A stretch of 64,000 nt of DNA from Octopus sinensis (lineage: Eukaryota): the NCBI RefSeq assembly GCF_006345805.1, contig NC_043000.1, positions 163,308,001 to 163,372,000 on the forward strand, written 5' to 3'. Position numbers and translations under genes: made by a program. The notes below the pieces were generated by a model. That model was not told where the DNA came from. It searched no databases and was given only the letters and a program-made list of their open reading frames with translations. Numbering within the stretch: position 1 is the first letter of the stretch; every line of letters starts with the position of its first letter. Below are positions 12,720 through 25,984 of this stretch, piece by piece.

Positions 12720-15470
12720 CAAACTTATATGTACAGATTTTATTGACCTATGAGGTACAGCAAATGAAGAAACTATAGAACAAGAAACAGGGACAACCGA
12801 TGTGGTAGAGAATCGCTGAAAAAAAACAACACAAGTTACAGAAAATAAAGTGGAAGTCGACAGGCTTAGTAATCAATTCGTATCTCAGTTATGGCATGAT
12901 CACATTGATCGGTAGTCTTGACCCACTCTGCGTTCTCACTGAAGAGTAAAGTCTTTCTGACATGGAAGATTATGTTCTTATCTGGAGTAGAGTTTAAGAC
13001 GGCCCCAGTAATCGAGATCAATCATGCCCTTAATTTGTTTAGTGAATGTTCTCTGGGATGATTCAGTTTTCGAGATATTTTGTTTTGTAACCACAGGCGG
13101 CAGCGGTATTCGAGGTGTGGCCGTACAAAGGGGGAGAAAGTGGAATGATGACACCTTGTTCTCTGGACCGGAAGGTTCTTAAGATACAGGAGCTCATCCT
13201 ACGAGCTATATCGACTTTATTGTTGATGTGGGTACTCTAACTTAGATTATCAACAAATGCTCCTAAGCCTCTGATATTATTAGATGCTGTGGGCGGTTCC
13301 CCTGAAGGAAGAGAGTATGACAGTTTTAGTATAGTCTTTGTTCCAAAATGCATCAGCTCAAATTTTCCCTCGTTTAGTTGCATTTTGTTTTTGTCTGCCC
13401 ATTGAATCACCGCATATAGATCAGACTGGAGTTGGATTCGATCTTCTTCATTGATGATTTGCTAAAGCTTAGTGTCATCAGCAAATATTTTCACTTTGCA
13501 GTGTTTTACGACGCTGGAAAGATTGTTTATGTAGATTATAAAGAGAGGCGGGCCCAAGACAGTCTCCTGGTGACTTTTCCTGGGTTTGAGTGGACTCCAT
13601 CGACCACGACAAGTTGTGTTCTATTCGCCAGGAAATACTCAATCCAATGTAGAAGTTTTCCACGGATTCCAGCATTTGCCAATTTTGAGAGTAAGATATT
13701 ATGGTCAACCCTGTCGAACACTTTACTGAAGTCAAGATATATGACATCAGAGTTCGAACCTGTTCCCAAGCTTTAAGTATATCCTCAATGTGGTGTAAGA
13801 TCTGTGTTAGACAGTCCCTACGATAGCGAAAGCCATGCTGATTTGTATTTAGTAGTTTGTGGATCTCCAGGAAGCCAGCGATCCTTGATCTTACCATTCT
13901 TTCAAACACTTTAATGATGTGGGAGGTGAGTGAGATTGGGCGATAGTTGACTGCGAGGGATCTGTTTCCCTGTTTGAAAACCGGGATGACACACTGTGAT
14001 AGGAGCTGTTTCGGTATATAACCTGAGTCTAGAGAATTTCTCCAGAGGTTGGTCAGAGGGACTGCAAGCTGGTGTCTACATTCCTTCAGGAGACTAGCGG
14101 GGAATCTATCAGGGCCTACAGCAGAATAGTATTTGACCTCATTTATTGCTGATGTGATGTCAGTGGCAGTGAAGGTTATGTCCGACTTTTTATGTTGGGA
14201 GTCAACTTCGTTCGCTTCTCTTACGTCAATATCAGTGGGATCACTAAAGACAGAGCAATATTGTTTCTGCAGTATTTCTACCATTTCTTTAGCATCGTGT
14301 TGGGGAGTACCGTTATCATCGATCAATGGCCCAATGGGGGAAACAGCGGTTCTATGCTCATTTGCAGAAGAATAGAACCCTTTTGGATTCTGTTTGATTT
14401 TTTTGATTACCCACTGTTCTTCCACAGCTCTTTGATTTTCAATGGCGGTTTTCATGTCGGTCTGCAGATAAAGTTTTTCCAACTCTCTCCTTTTCATTGT
14501 TGTTCCATGTGGATGTTGTATGCGGGAATATTTTAATTGGTTGATTTCTTTTGAGTCTTTTGATGCACTCGATAAGTGTTTTTTTTTTCTAGATAGCCGG
14601 TTTCTGTTTGTGTTAGTGGATTTCGTAGGAGCGTGTTTTGAGCATGCATAAGTGATAATGTTCTCAAAGTGCTGCCATGCAGTCTCAATATGAGTGGAAC
14701 TGAGAGTGAAGGACCAGTCGATGAAGGACAAATCCTTTCTGATTGCTCCTCAATCCGCTTTGTAGAAGTTTATGTTGTCAAATAAGTGCAGTGGAGTGGG
14801 ATTGGCTGGTTTGGTTTTGATATGCCGAGAATTAAAATTGCAGAGTATCATGTCATGGTCTAAGAGGAGCGTTTTTATTCAACTGAAATACTGTGAACGG
14901 AGCTAGAGTGGTTAGTTAATATTTGATCCAAGAACGTTTTATTCTATCTTGTTTGTTGGAGCACTAGCTGAGCCAGGAAGATTTTATCCATTAGATTAAA
15001 GAGTAATTCTGCTGCTGTTTTGTCTGACGTAGAGCATTTGCCTAACTTCAGAGCATTTATGGGCCAGTTTATATGAGGGAGGTTAAAATCAACCATCACT
15101 AGTATGTTTCCGGAGTTGTAATTTTGAAGGAACGAATTGATTTTGTTGAAGCCCTCTTCAAAGTACTTTATAGGTGCTTGGGGAGGCCTGTAAAGACCAA
15201 GAATGATTATGCCTTTGGCCTTGTTAAATAGTGATATAGATTCACAACAGCTATTGGGAAATATGTCCTTGTCATCAACTGAAAAGGAATCATGGAGAAT
15301 GATAGCTGTCCTGCCCGTATTTCGTCGGCCTGTGCGATCTGCACGGATGATGGTGAAATCTTTTATTTTCACCTCGGCATCCATATGTGTGCTGTTCAGG
15401 GGAATTTCAGTAAGGATAAAGAAAGGGAAGCAATGTGCCGTTTCGGCAAGCTAACTCTCTATGTACAGGA
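12720..15470 (-). mobile_element. CR1/L2-group LINE, decayed ORF2 (APE endonuclease + reverse transcriptase), 5'-truncated
   Basis: APE: ILTEIPL, RADR, GLYRPP, VDFNLPHINW. RT: YRPISLTSHIIKVFER, QHGFR, YLDFSKVFDRVDH, FADDTK, FVRPHLEY. Several frameshifts and stops. Confidence 0.9.
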
Positions 15471-15489
15471 TCTTCCATTTTGGGGCAAT

Positions 15490-15537
15490 GAGTGATGGAC
15501 CCCTTATGGTCAGATGGACCCCAGTTGAGAACTACTG
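15490..15537. mobile_element. Isolated hAT-MITE terminus abutting the 5' end of the LINE
   Basis: ggaccccagttgagaactactg|ctctaggg resembles the TIR and target site of the MITE at 51439-51777. Confidence 0.45.
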
Positions 15538-15983
15538 CTCTAGGGGAACCATCCGACTCGCTAGAAATACCAGTTATAATCTTTCCAATCACACTTCCCT
15601 ACCTTCAAACGTACAATATACTCACTCACAGAAATACCCGACTGCATAAAGAATTCCTAGGGCTAAACAAGAACAACAGCAACATATTTTGCATTCATTG
15701 CTGTCATTTCATCTGTAAGATGTCTCGAGGTTAATGTTTATCATTTCACGTTTCCAATATCCCCAACGCGGCAAAACATCAAAGCAGAATTTCTAGTAGC
15801 AAAACACAACACACCACAGGCATTGTTGAGCTATATACACAGTAAAGAATTTTTTCCTCTTCATTCTCTTCCCCCTCCTCCTCCTCCTCTTCTTTACTTT
15901 CTTCCTCCTTCTGCTCTTCCTCTTCTTCACCTCTTTTACTTCTTCTTCCTCTTTCTCATCATCATCATCTTCTTCTTCTTCTA

Positions 15984-15984
15984 C

Positions 15985-16031
<47 letters not shown>

Positions 16032-16082
16032 GCTGTTGTTGCTGTTGCTGCTGTTGCTGTTGTTGTTGTTGTTGTTGTTGTT
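15984..16082. repeat. (GTT/GCT)n microsatellite
   Basis: Direct reading. Confidence 0.95.
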
Positions 16083-16087
16083 ACTAA

Positions 16088-16312
16088 GACGGCGAGTTAG
16101 CAGAATCGTTAGCATGCTGGACGAAATGTTTAGCGATATTTCGCCGTCGCTACATTCTGAGTTCAAATTCCGCCGAGGTCAACTTTGTCTTTTATCCTTT
16201 CGGGGTTGATAAATTTAGTACCTGTGATTTAGTACCTGTGAAACACTGGGGTCGATGTAGTTGGCTCAACCTCTCCCCCCAAATTGCTGCCCTTGTGACA
16301 AAATTTGAAAAC
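16088..16312 (+). mobile_element. tRNA-derived SINE family A
   Basis: gacggcgagttagcagaatcgttagc...ctgagttcaaattccgccgaggtc...cggggttgataa, (ATT)n tail; homologous to other copies in this window. Confidence 0.8.
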
Positions 16313-16323
16313 ACTATTATTAT

Positions 16324-16361
<38 letters not shown>

Positions 16362-16379
16362 ATTATTATTATTATTATT

Positions 16380-16924
16380 GAGTAAGAGAGCAGTGCATGC
16401 CATCAAAGTGACACTGAGGTAAAATATACGGAGCCCAGTAATATACCCATCATGACAACCCGTCTGATAAGGGTACACTAGGCACATGCATCACAACCAT
16501 ATGTGCGCGACATGGTGATCTCATATCAAGATAAACAGCACATGACCTTGCAGGTGAGGCCCAGTTAGAATTTTCTTCAGGTCGAGTAACCCATCCTGCT
16601 TAAAAGGTCCCTGAATAAGGGTTGAACGAAACACCCATGTTTCCAGAGGTGAATTATTCAAACCCCAAAGAATCCCTCTCAACACATGGCTATGATGCTC
16701 CCCTACTACCACTGCTCGCGATCAGAGATGCACATATCGTCAGCCACTAAGGAACATGCTCAACTGGTTAAGGTCAAACAACTGACAAGCAAATCTGTGG
16801 TATTGAGCAGAATATTTGCTGTAGCCCATATTTTATACCAAGACAAACCCAATGTACATGGTAGCACTTCCAATCAGTTAAGATCAGAAGCTAAGAGAGC
16901 CACTGCCTGGTACTACATCAGGGC
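16380..16924. mobile_element. Unclassified ~545-bp non-coding element embedded in an (ATT)n tract
   Basis: Complex, higher-GC sequence flanked on both sides by (ATT)n (16316-16379 and 16925-16941); no TIRs; no recognisable ORF. Confidence 0.45.
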
Positions 16925-16941
16925 TATTATTATTATTATTA

Positions 16942-17043
16942 TTCTTCTTCTTCTTCTTCTTCTTCTTCTTCTTCTTCTTCTTCTTCTTCTTCTTCTTCTT
17001 CTTCTTCTTCTTCTTCTTCTTCTTCTTCTTCTTCTTCTTCTTT
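16942..17043. repeat. (CTT)n microsatellite
   Basis: Direct reading. Confidence 0.95.
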
Positions 17044-17801
17044 TCATTAAAGTGACCTATTAAAGTGACCTATAATCGAAGGTCTTCCACTCATGACAAT
17101 CCGGTTTTGTATTTCAGACATTACGTATCTACAACTACATTATCTAATGTGTCCGTCATTCTTGCTTTAAGACGATTGGTTTTGTATGAGCTGAGGAAAA
17201 TTTACCTATTATTTCTAGCATGAAGGATTCCACACTGCCCTTTAAGTATTTGAATAGGGAAAGTGACTTGCAAATAAAAGGCCTACAACAGGACAGTGCC
17301 TTGCAGTACCTGGGTACCTGAACGCCTAACTGATAGCATCACTAGTCGTTTGTATTGCTCTAACAAACGGGATATCCATCTCGTGGCCAGCTGGTTGAAA
17401 AGAAGGAAAGACTAGAGCGGTAAATGGGAAGGGAGGCAAATGTGAAATGACTAACACTTTGTTGTAGCATTTGCCACCGAACGGTCCTTAATCCGACCGA
17501 AAAATCAAATGTGATTACATTCAGATCTTACTGCGGTAGTGGTTGTTGTTATTTTTGTTGTTAATGATGATGATAGTGATGATGATGATGATGAGGATGA
17601 CGATGGAGACGACGCCAATGATGATGATAGTGAGGATGAGGATGAGGAGGAAAAGGACAGTGGTGGTGTCGATGTCGTCGTCAGTTTCATTATCGTCGTC
17701 GTCGTCGTCGTTGTCATCACAGTGCAACTAATAGAAACCTTAAGCAAAAGCAAGAGGCAAAAAAAGGAAACTGAGGCAATATTTTTCTAAGACCTTAGTC
17801 T

Positions 17802-17850
<49 letters not shown>

Positions 17851-17910
17851 GGGTAATACAGGGGTGATTAGAAAGGGAAAGAGAGCAAGGAATAGATAAG
17901 AGAATGAAGG

Positions 17911-17943
<33 letters not shown>

Positions 17944-18463
17944 AGGTAAATAGCTAACTGTCAACGACATCTGCTCACGAACTTTGACATACTTCTTTTG
18001 AAGGAAACCTGATCACCTCGTTTCAGGTGACAGAAATGTGTAGTAATCTCTTGAACTGCCACAATAACAACAACAACAACAACAATATCGTAAAAAGTAA
18101 CAAACAACAATACCAATAACAACGTCAATTTGGATAGCTCGCACTGATGTTTCCCAGCCGTCGTAAGGCAGAGAGAGAGAGAGAGAGCATTACTGATCTG
18201 TTCCTTACTACAGTATGAATACTTTCAAATCACATATGACATCTATCACGCACCACATACATACATAGATACACATACATACATACATACATACATACAT
18301 ACATACATACATACATACATACATAGACACACATTCCTCGAGTTAATGTGGGTGGGTCTACGCAGTCACTCAATCTGCTAGAAATAGCAGCTACATTCCT
18401 TCAATTCATTCTATAAGAAGCGTTCTAAAAATGGAAGAATCGTAGGAAAACATACTTCTTTAA

Positions 18464-18464
<1 letters not shown>

Positions 18465-18496
<32 letters not shown>

Positions 18497-18498
18497 AA

Positions 18499-18530
<32 letters not shown>

Positions 18531-18562
18531 TAGAGAGAGAGACAGACAGACAGACAGACATG

Positions 18563-18640
<78 letters not shown>

Positions 18641-18642
18641 AA

Positions 18643-18698
<56 letters not shown>

Positions 18699-18716
18699 TA
18701 GATAGATAGATAGATT
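18465..18716. repeat. (GATA)n/(GACA)n compound microsatellite
   Basis: Direct reading. Confidence 0.95.
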
Positions 18717-19672
18717 TAAAGATGGATTGGATTTGGTACGAAAATGTTTGGCCATAGTTATGCTCGATTAAAACTGATCTGACGCGAAACATCAACAACA
18801 CATTGTTCCGTAATATATGTAGAGCTCTTGGCTCTAAGATCGTCCAGAGCAGCCAGTATGACGAGCAACGAGCTTTCTCAAACGGTTTGTAGAACGATGT
18901 ACAGAATATGTTGCGATATTTGATTGCGTCCCTTCACATTCACATAAACACCACTCAAGTATTTGAATTGACCTAATCCTTCCTACTCTCTACTACGATG
19001 GGTGATCTTGGGCGTAAATTCGAATTCCTTATGCACCAGAATAAATACACGAGCGAACATTTAGTCCGTTTATTCATTGTTTGGCTACCAGTGAATAACC
19101 AATTCCATCCATTAATTCCTATTTCTTATTCAGACCATCTCTTAGCCTTCCCCACCTTTTTTTCGTTTTGTAATATTTTTACGGCATTCTACTTTTTCTA
19201 TTAAATAGTTCTTCAGGAGATAATCCAACGAAGGAGTCTCTTTCGTTTTGACACAACTTGCTTGAAATAATATCTAGATTTTCCTCAAATTTCCTTCTAA
19301 GAAGAAAAACAAGACGAAAAATAAAAACGGACACACTAGAACATTATATCATGTATCATTATATCACGTACATTGTTTCTGAAAAATTGAGATGTAATGG
19401 TCGATTATGGAACGTCTTTGCTCAAATGTCAGATCAATTAGGATTGATTTGCAGCACAACTATAACCACGGTAACACATTGCACGTTGCATCAACTCTCT
19501 CCCGTTATCTTCTAAAAATCTACAAACCTTGTGCTTAGTTAAAATAATTGAATGTTGTCGTAGCATGTGTCTTCCAGCAGTGGAATTCTGGTCATTAAAA
19601 TGTATGAATGACACATCTGATTGTAACGGTAATTTCAATTCGATCATAAATCTTTATCATTTATATCAATGA

Positions 19673-19729
19673 GTTGAACCATACTGATGAGTTATAAAAA
19701 GAACGAAACTAGCTGGTCCAGTATTCAAC
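19673..19729 (+). ncRNA. Hammerhead-like motif (core intact, stem I out of register)
   Basis: CTGATGA-GTTataaaaagAAC-GAAA-CTAGCTG-GTC, flanked by gttgaaccata / cagtattcaac. Confidence 0.4.
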
Positions 19730-20537
19730 CATGCTGCAGAAAAGTTTGCAGTTTAACCACAGGACATAAGTTCACAGTAAAATGACGTATATGTGGCAAT
19801 AGCTAAGTGACATTTATTCAGAATCTACTCTATTCTAGTACTGTAATAATTATAACAATCAGATGATCCTTTTTTTTTGTAGATCGACCCGTGTATGTGT
19901 GTGTGGCCTCTGTATATGTATGTGCTTATGTGTGTGTGTGTTTGTGTGTGTGTGGCTTCTGCGTGTGTATGTGTGTGAGAGTGTGGAATGTGTTTATTAT
20001 ACATTTGTCTCTCTCTCTCTCTCCCCCACTCTTTATCTGTGAGAGAGACAGACGGATAGACAGAGGCTGGACGTGTTAGTTTACAAGTATAACTTGAAAC
20101 ACCAATGATTTCATGTTGCAAATAAAAACCTACGTGAGCACACGCGCACGCACCCGTACAGAAATACACGAAAACATGCGCGCACGCTCACAGACTAACA
20201 CGCACACGCGCGCAAATTTTGTACACTTACGTTTGTGTATATATTTGTGTATAAATTTAATTTGATCGACTAAAACTAGCGACAGCAAATATTATTTCAC
20301 GGCATACTAATGACCATGTTCATCAGGTCTCTCTCTCTTTCTAAACACACACGCGCGGGCGCGCGCACACACACATATATATAGATATATATAATAGTGT
20401 ACGTATTTATACGCAAAAGAGGTGACCTTTAACAGAACACCTTACATGCTAGAGAGGGCAGTTAAAGACCAAACCATGAATAAGAGTAATTTTAAAAGGG
20501 AATGAAAAATATAGTATATATCACAACATTATATATG

Positions 20538-20601
<64 letters not shown>

Positions 20602-20620
20602 GATAGATAGATAGACAGGT

Positions 20621-20762
20621 GCAGGCGTGGTTGTGTGGTAAGAAGCTTGCTTCCCAACCACATGGTTCCAGGTTCAGTCCTACTGTGTGGCATCTTGGTT
20701 GGGCGGGTGATCAAAGCCTTGTGAGTGGATCTGGTAGACGGAAACTGAAAGAAACCCGTCGT
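20621..20762 (+). mobile_element. SINE family B 5' half, joined to Tc1 copy 2
   Basis: gcgtggttgtgtggtaagaagcttgcttcccaaccacatggttccaggttcagtcc...aaagaaacccgtcg. Confidence 0.8.
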
Positions 20763-20774
20763 CTTGCTTTTACC

Positions 20775-21595
20775 GAAACCCATGTGAGTAAGGGAAAAGA
20801 GGTTCGGAATAAAATTTATTTTTCAAACGAGACTAAAATCAACTTTTTGGGGTCAGATGGTATTAAACGACCAGGTGAAGATAGTATAGACAAATGCACC
20901 GTACCTACCGCGGCGGAAGTGTTTTGCTTTGGGGATGCATGAGTGCAGCTGGTATGGGAGGAGTCACTTTTATTGAGAGAACAGTGGGTTCAAGGCTTTA
21001 TTGTGACATATTTCAGAAAACAATGTTGAAAAGCATCAAGGAACTAGGAAGACATTCCATGTTCCAACATGATAATGACCTTAAACACATATCAAAGATA
21101 GCGACTAAGTTTATATCTGATAAAAAGGTAAAGGTATTGCCTTGGCCTACCATATCAGCTGATTTTAACCCAATAGAATATATGTGGGGTGTTTTGAAAA
21201 GTAAGGTTGAGGAGAAAAAAACCCCACAATGTAACTCAGTTGAAAGACATCATTCAGGATGAATGGAGGTCGATCTCATCGGTTATATGTGGAAAGTTAG
21301 TCGACCCTATGTCCAGAAGACTTAATACAGTCATTGAAAGCAAGGGCGGTTACACCAAATATTGAATATAGCAAATAATCCTTTAGGGTGTACATATTTT
21401 TCTATCTTATGAAAATTACTATTTCGTCACATCTTTGAATATGTTTATTGTTTTGTGTTCTGATTTGTATAATGTTCACATGAATAATATATTTTATTCA
21501 GTATAAAGTTCGTTTGATTTCCTTCAGTATTATCAGAGTAATGGCAATTTTACTGAAATTTTCTAGGGGTGTACATACTTCTGTGAGATACCGTA
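20775..21595 (+). mobile_element. Tc1-family transposon copy 2 (same family as 2388-3865), 5'-deleted, with complete right IR/DR TIR
   Basis: FSNETKINF, LLWGCMSAAG and FQHDNDLKH...WPTISADFNPIEYMW. 21381-21593 is the reverse complement of the left TIR of copy 1 and ends ...ctgtgagataccg|TA. Confidence 0.9.
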
Positions 21596-23930
21596 TGTGT
21601 GTGTGTGTCTGTGTGACGTGAAACGACTATGCAGAATCCGCCCCTTTTAAAAAGAATTACGTGAAGTGAAAGTAGTATTTAGTATACTGGAATATCACCT
21701 ATAAATATCAATATAAAAGAGGAAAAAAACCGACAAACACATTGATGAAGACGACATAATGTGCTGCTGGAATCTGTATATCTGGAAAAGAAAGTCAATG
21801 ATGGCTATGGCTATAAATTATGATAGATAAGGACTACAGACGAAAAGAAGAAACAACTATTATAAATAGGTAGCAAGAGGGCTGCCACAGGATTGTTATT
21901 GTTTAGCACTAAACTAGTTCTGATCAAACAGACCTTTGATCAAAGACATTAAACCAGTCTTTTTCTGTTGTTTCTTTTAATCTTTTTCATAAATCGTGTG
22001 CTTCGTATTGTATAATTCAATATGTATTTCTAAGATTTAAGACGATAGAGAAAAATTGAAAAAGGACTTAGCTGTTACATCTAGTTGCTCCATTTACTCT
22101 GCAAAGATCCTTCATTTGCTCATGTCTGATTTGTTTGATCAATATAGAAAGAGAAATATTTAACAGCAAGTTCACCGATTGTCATTAAACATGGGTAGGC
22201 GTTCTCATATTGAAGTACTTAATCTGCCGACTGTATGTTTCGACGAGGGAGCGCCTATGTGCGGGGTCACTCAGCTTATTAAAAATCACAGCTAGATCTT
22301 CAAAATTACGCGACCTTAAAACAGAAATGTCAGATTTGATAATGTGATCCTAGATGCAGTCTAGAAGAAGGGCGATGTGGTCGCAGTTGAAGCGTCTTTG
22401 ATGTTAAGTGTGAATGATAAGGGCCATACAAGAGGTAAGCAACAATATTAATGATCTACAACATGCAACTGACAAACAAATCGTAGTGAATTGACCGAGT
22501 TGTGAGAGTGTAACACGAAATGCTTAGTGATGTGTGCTCCGGCTCTCTGCATGTCTGAGTTCAAATCAAGCCTGGAACCAGGATGGTGACTGGCAGATCG
22601 TTATAGCGTACAACTAAATACCGATTCGTCACTCTCCGAGTCCTTGAGTGATACATTAATCCGTTGTCTGGCTTAATTCCAAACAACTGGTCGTTGTTTG
22701 ATTTTAGCCGAGTTGATTCTATTGCAAACATACAGGCCCGAAGTCTGGTTTGAGGATACATTCCTCTTTTCCTCCCATCAATCTCAGAGGCTCTGGAAAA
22801 ATTGAAGGTGATGGGCGCTGCCCTTATCTCTCTGATGAGTCTGCGAGGTGGCCTCTATGTGACCGAACGATCTTCTAGAAATATCAGTCAAATTTCAAAT
22901 TCCATGCTAATGTCTTACAAAAGGAGTGACATATAAGAACATGTAGTTCTAGGCATGCAATACTCATGAAAATGTTGGCATGGTCATGATTGTACTTTTG
23001 GGCATAGGTCTGCACAGTCAGATCTACCCCGGGGTTAAGCAGCAACAACGACCAAATACCAATAACAACAGCAACAATAATAGCAGAACAGACAATATGC
23101 GAATTGAATACCATCACTGTTAACGAGAGGGGCAAAAAACCTTACCAATGAAAACTAAGCTCCCTTGATAAAATTAAGAGATGAATAAATAAATATATAA
23201 CAAGAACCTTTATTTATCTAATCCGCCCTTCCCTGAATTACCGCTACTAAATCTAACAGGTTTATTTCCATAGCTTTGTAAAATTGTCAATGAAATTTTA
23301 TGGTTTCTTGCTCAACAAATATCCATTAAAAGCTTGTGTGTATGACTCTTTGTGTATGTGTATGAGACTGTGCGTTTATGTGTTTTTATGTGCTTTCTAA
23401 ACACAGTCTTCAAAATGATACCATTTTAACTTACAGAATTACTTCGCTCACTATGAAGTCTATTATTATTAGTATAACCACCCATTGCCCGTATTTCTTC
23501 TTTGTAATGTCCCTCGTACGCTACTCTTGCGGCAAATAAAGAAAACATTTTTTCGGTAGTCTTATTTTTATTGCGTGCTTTGATTGCACAACCAAGCGCA
23601 ACATTGTTGGCTTTGGGTACGGGTAGCGTTGTTTTGGTTTTGTTTTTCTATTGTGTTGAAAGTGCTCCACATAATATATGGCTGGTGTTAGTAGTGCTAT
23701 ATACAGTATCTTATATATGAGTGTACCACGTCCTGAAGTTTTGGTTATATGTTTTTCTGCATCATTTTTTTTTATCACTCACAAGGGTCCAATTCACAAT
23801 TGTTTATTTTCAATTCTGCTGTCAGTTTTTATACTTGGATAATTTATCAAAAGAGATATATCATTGCCTGTTACTACCCATATGTCTTCTGATAGAACTC
23901 GTACATTGTTATCGATACTACTGAATAAGT

Positions 23931-24137
23931 AGGCGAACTAGCAGAATTGTTAGCACGCCGGACAAAATGCTTCGCAGCATTTCGTCCGTCTTTACGTTCT
24001 GAATTCAAATTCCGTCGAGGCCGAATTTGCAGTTCATCTTTTCGGAGACGATAAAATAAGTACCAGTCATGCACTGAGATCGATGTAATCGACTAGCCCT
24101 CTCCCCCAAATTTCAGGCCTTGTGCCAATAGTGGAAA
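23931..24137 (+). mobile_element. SINE family A copy
   Basis: Homologous to 16088-16312. Confidence 0.75.
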
Positions 24138-25915
24138 GGATGTTACGGAGTATGATGGGGTAGTAGAATGATAAAATGTCAAACAAAACGTCTTCATCGT
24201 CAAATTTCAAATATTGCTGTGGTCGGCTTTGATATTATTTTTCCAAGTTCGATAAACCTATGCGTACGCGCGCGCGTGTGTGTGGTGAATTAGTTTCCTA
24301 GACTCTGGAGGATTATTAAAATCAGTAGAATTCTGGACAAAATATCTTATAATGTTTATAAATATCTTTTTATACCTTTTTATGCTATGAGATAGAAACC
24401 CGAGATAGGGATCGACTTTGAGTTTCTTCCTTTAGATGTTGATAAAATAACTATCAGTCAAGTATTTGTTCGCTATAATCTACTTTACCAGATTCTAAAA
24501 TACGTAACTTATGTTCAAAATCTGCATTATCAATCCCATTAAGAACCCGTTTGAAAAAATTTTGAAACGCATCTGGATTTGATGTAGGCAGTAGATGTAT
24601 GTAGGGCCTAGGAGAGAGGGGCAGACAGTACATTAAATTTGGGCCCTTGAATTCTTTGTGATATTAGAAAATGCTTGAATATATTGAAGCATTCAGAGAA
24701 GCGAATGAGACATGAAGAATAAATAAATAAATAGATAAATAAATAATGAAAACTTGGCATCCATTATAAAATTTCTTTTCAGATGTCAAGGTTATATTTT
24801 TGTTGCTTTTCTTACAGTAGAGTCTCTAGGCATTATACTACAAATAGCAGTGAATCTCAAATCACACCCTATTGTATTTAAAAGGGAAGGACGTGTTAGG
24901 TAATATAGTCCTAGGTACAATGTGGTTCGAGTAGAGACCTTCTCAGGTCATAATTTATCATATTCAAAAGAAAAAATAAGTCGTTGAAGAGTACTTTTAG
25001 ATACACTTATAACTGGATAAAATTAGTGGAAAACTCGGAGTGTCCTCAGCTCGAATGCCTTTGATTTTAGGCCTAAAAGAGAATTACGCCCTGCTAGAGT
25101 AACAGGCCTTATCAAATATGTTTCAATTAGAATAGATTAAAGGCTGGACGTCAGGGATGTTTTGCATATGTTGATAGTCTTTCAGAGACATTAATACCCA
25201 CAAAGTATGAACTGAGGGTTCATACAATACTAATGTTTAAAACTATTATCACATTAGTTGTTGTGTTGTTTAGTATCAGGTCAATCCTGAACGAGGAAAT
25301 CCGTCTCTAGCTGTGAGCCCCGATTTTTGTAGATTTCGTTCGCCAGTATACCTTTTCTTAGATGATGATGGTAAGGTGTAATTTGTGCAAAATTTAGCTA
25401 ATATTTCTAAATAGGTTGAGAGACAGAGAAGCGGCTCGCTAGTTATCCGAATTTATAGGCTAAAGGAAACTCTCCACATCGATGAAACCAATTTGAAAGT
25501 AGAAACTGAAGAGTCGATATTGTTGTTTGTTGTCATTATTTTCGTCGCCGCCGCTGTCGCTGCGGCTGCTGTTGTTGTTATTTTGTTCCTGGTTTGATTG
25601 AGCAAATCTGAGGAGAAAAGGGATTCAAGCCATCATCACACCGAATATTATCTTTAGATACAGTGTACCTAGTATGAATATGGTTTGGAGACTATTTTAC
25701 TGTTAATTCTAGTTGACCGAGTAACCAAGTACAGGCTCCCGATCATTAGACTGCGGCCTTCCTGGGACACTGCCTTCAAAAAAATTTTTAGTCGAATGAA
25801 TCGACCCCAGTACTTCTTATTTACTTGGTACTTATTTGATTGATCACTATTGCCGAACTGCTACGGGGACATAAACACACTAACACATACATACAGCCAT
25901 GCATATATGTAGGAG

Positions 25916-25946
<31 letters not shown>

Positions 25947-25984
25947 TCTGTTATTTGCACGTTGTCGAGGTTGTTTCGAAATGT

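Noticed and set aside
15823-16209. Poly-Leu ORF resembling a signal or transmembrane protein
   Set aside because: (CTT)/(GTT)n microsatellites plus the head of a SINE.
17505-17790. Acidic poly-D/E ORF resembling a biomineralisation-type protein
   Set aside because: Degenerate (GAT)n/(GTC)n tract without splice signals or domain context; open in several frames simply because of the repeat.
22825-22880. Hammerhead-like CTGATGAGTC...GAC-CGAA-CGATCTTC
   Set aside because: The GAAA box and stem III are both broken and stem I is poor; at best a dead relic, not supportable as a ribozyme.
22900-23150. Possible RTE 5'/APE start remnant (also 40180-40500 on the minus strand)
   Set aside because: Only vague motif similarity; not enough to call.
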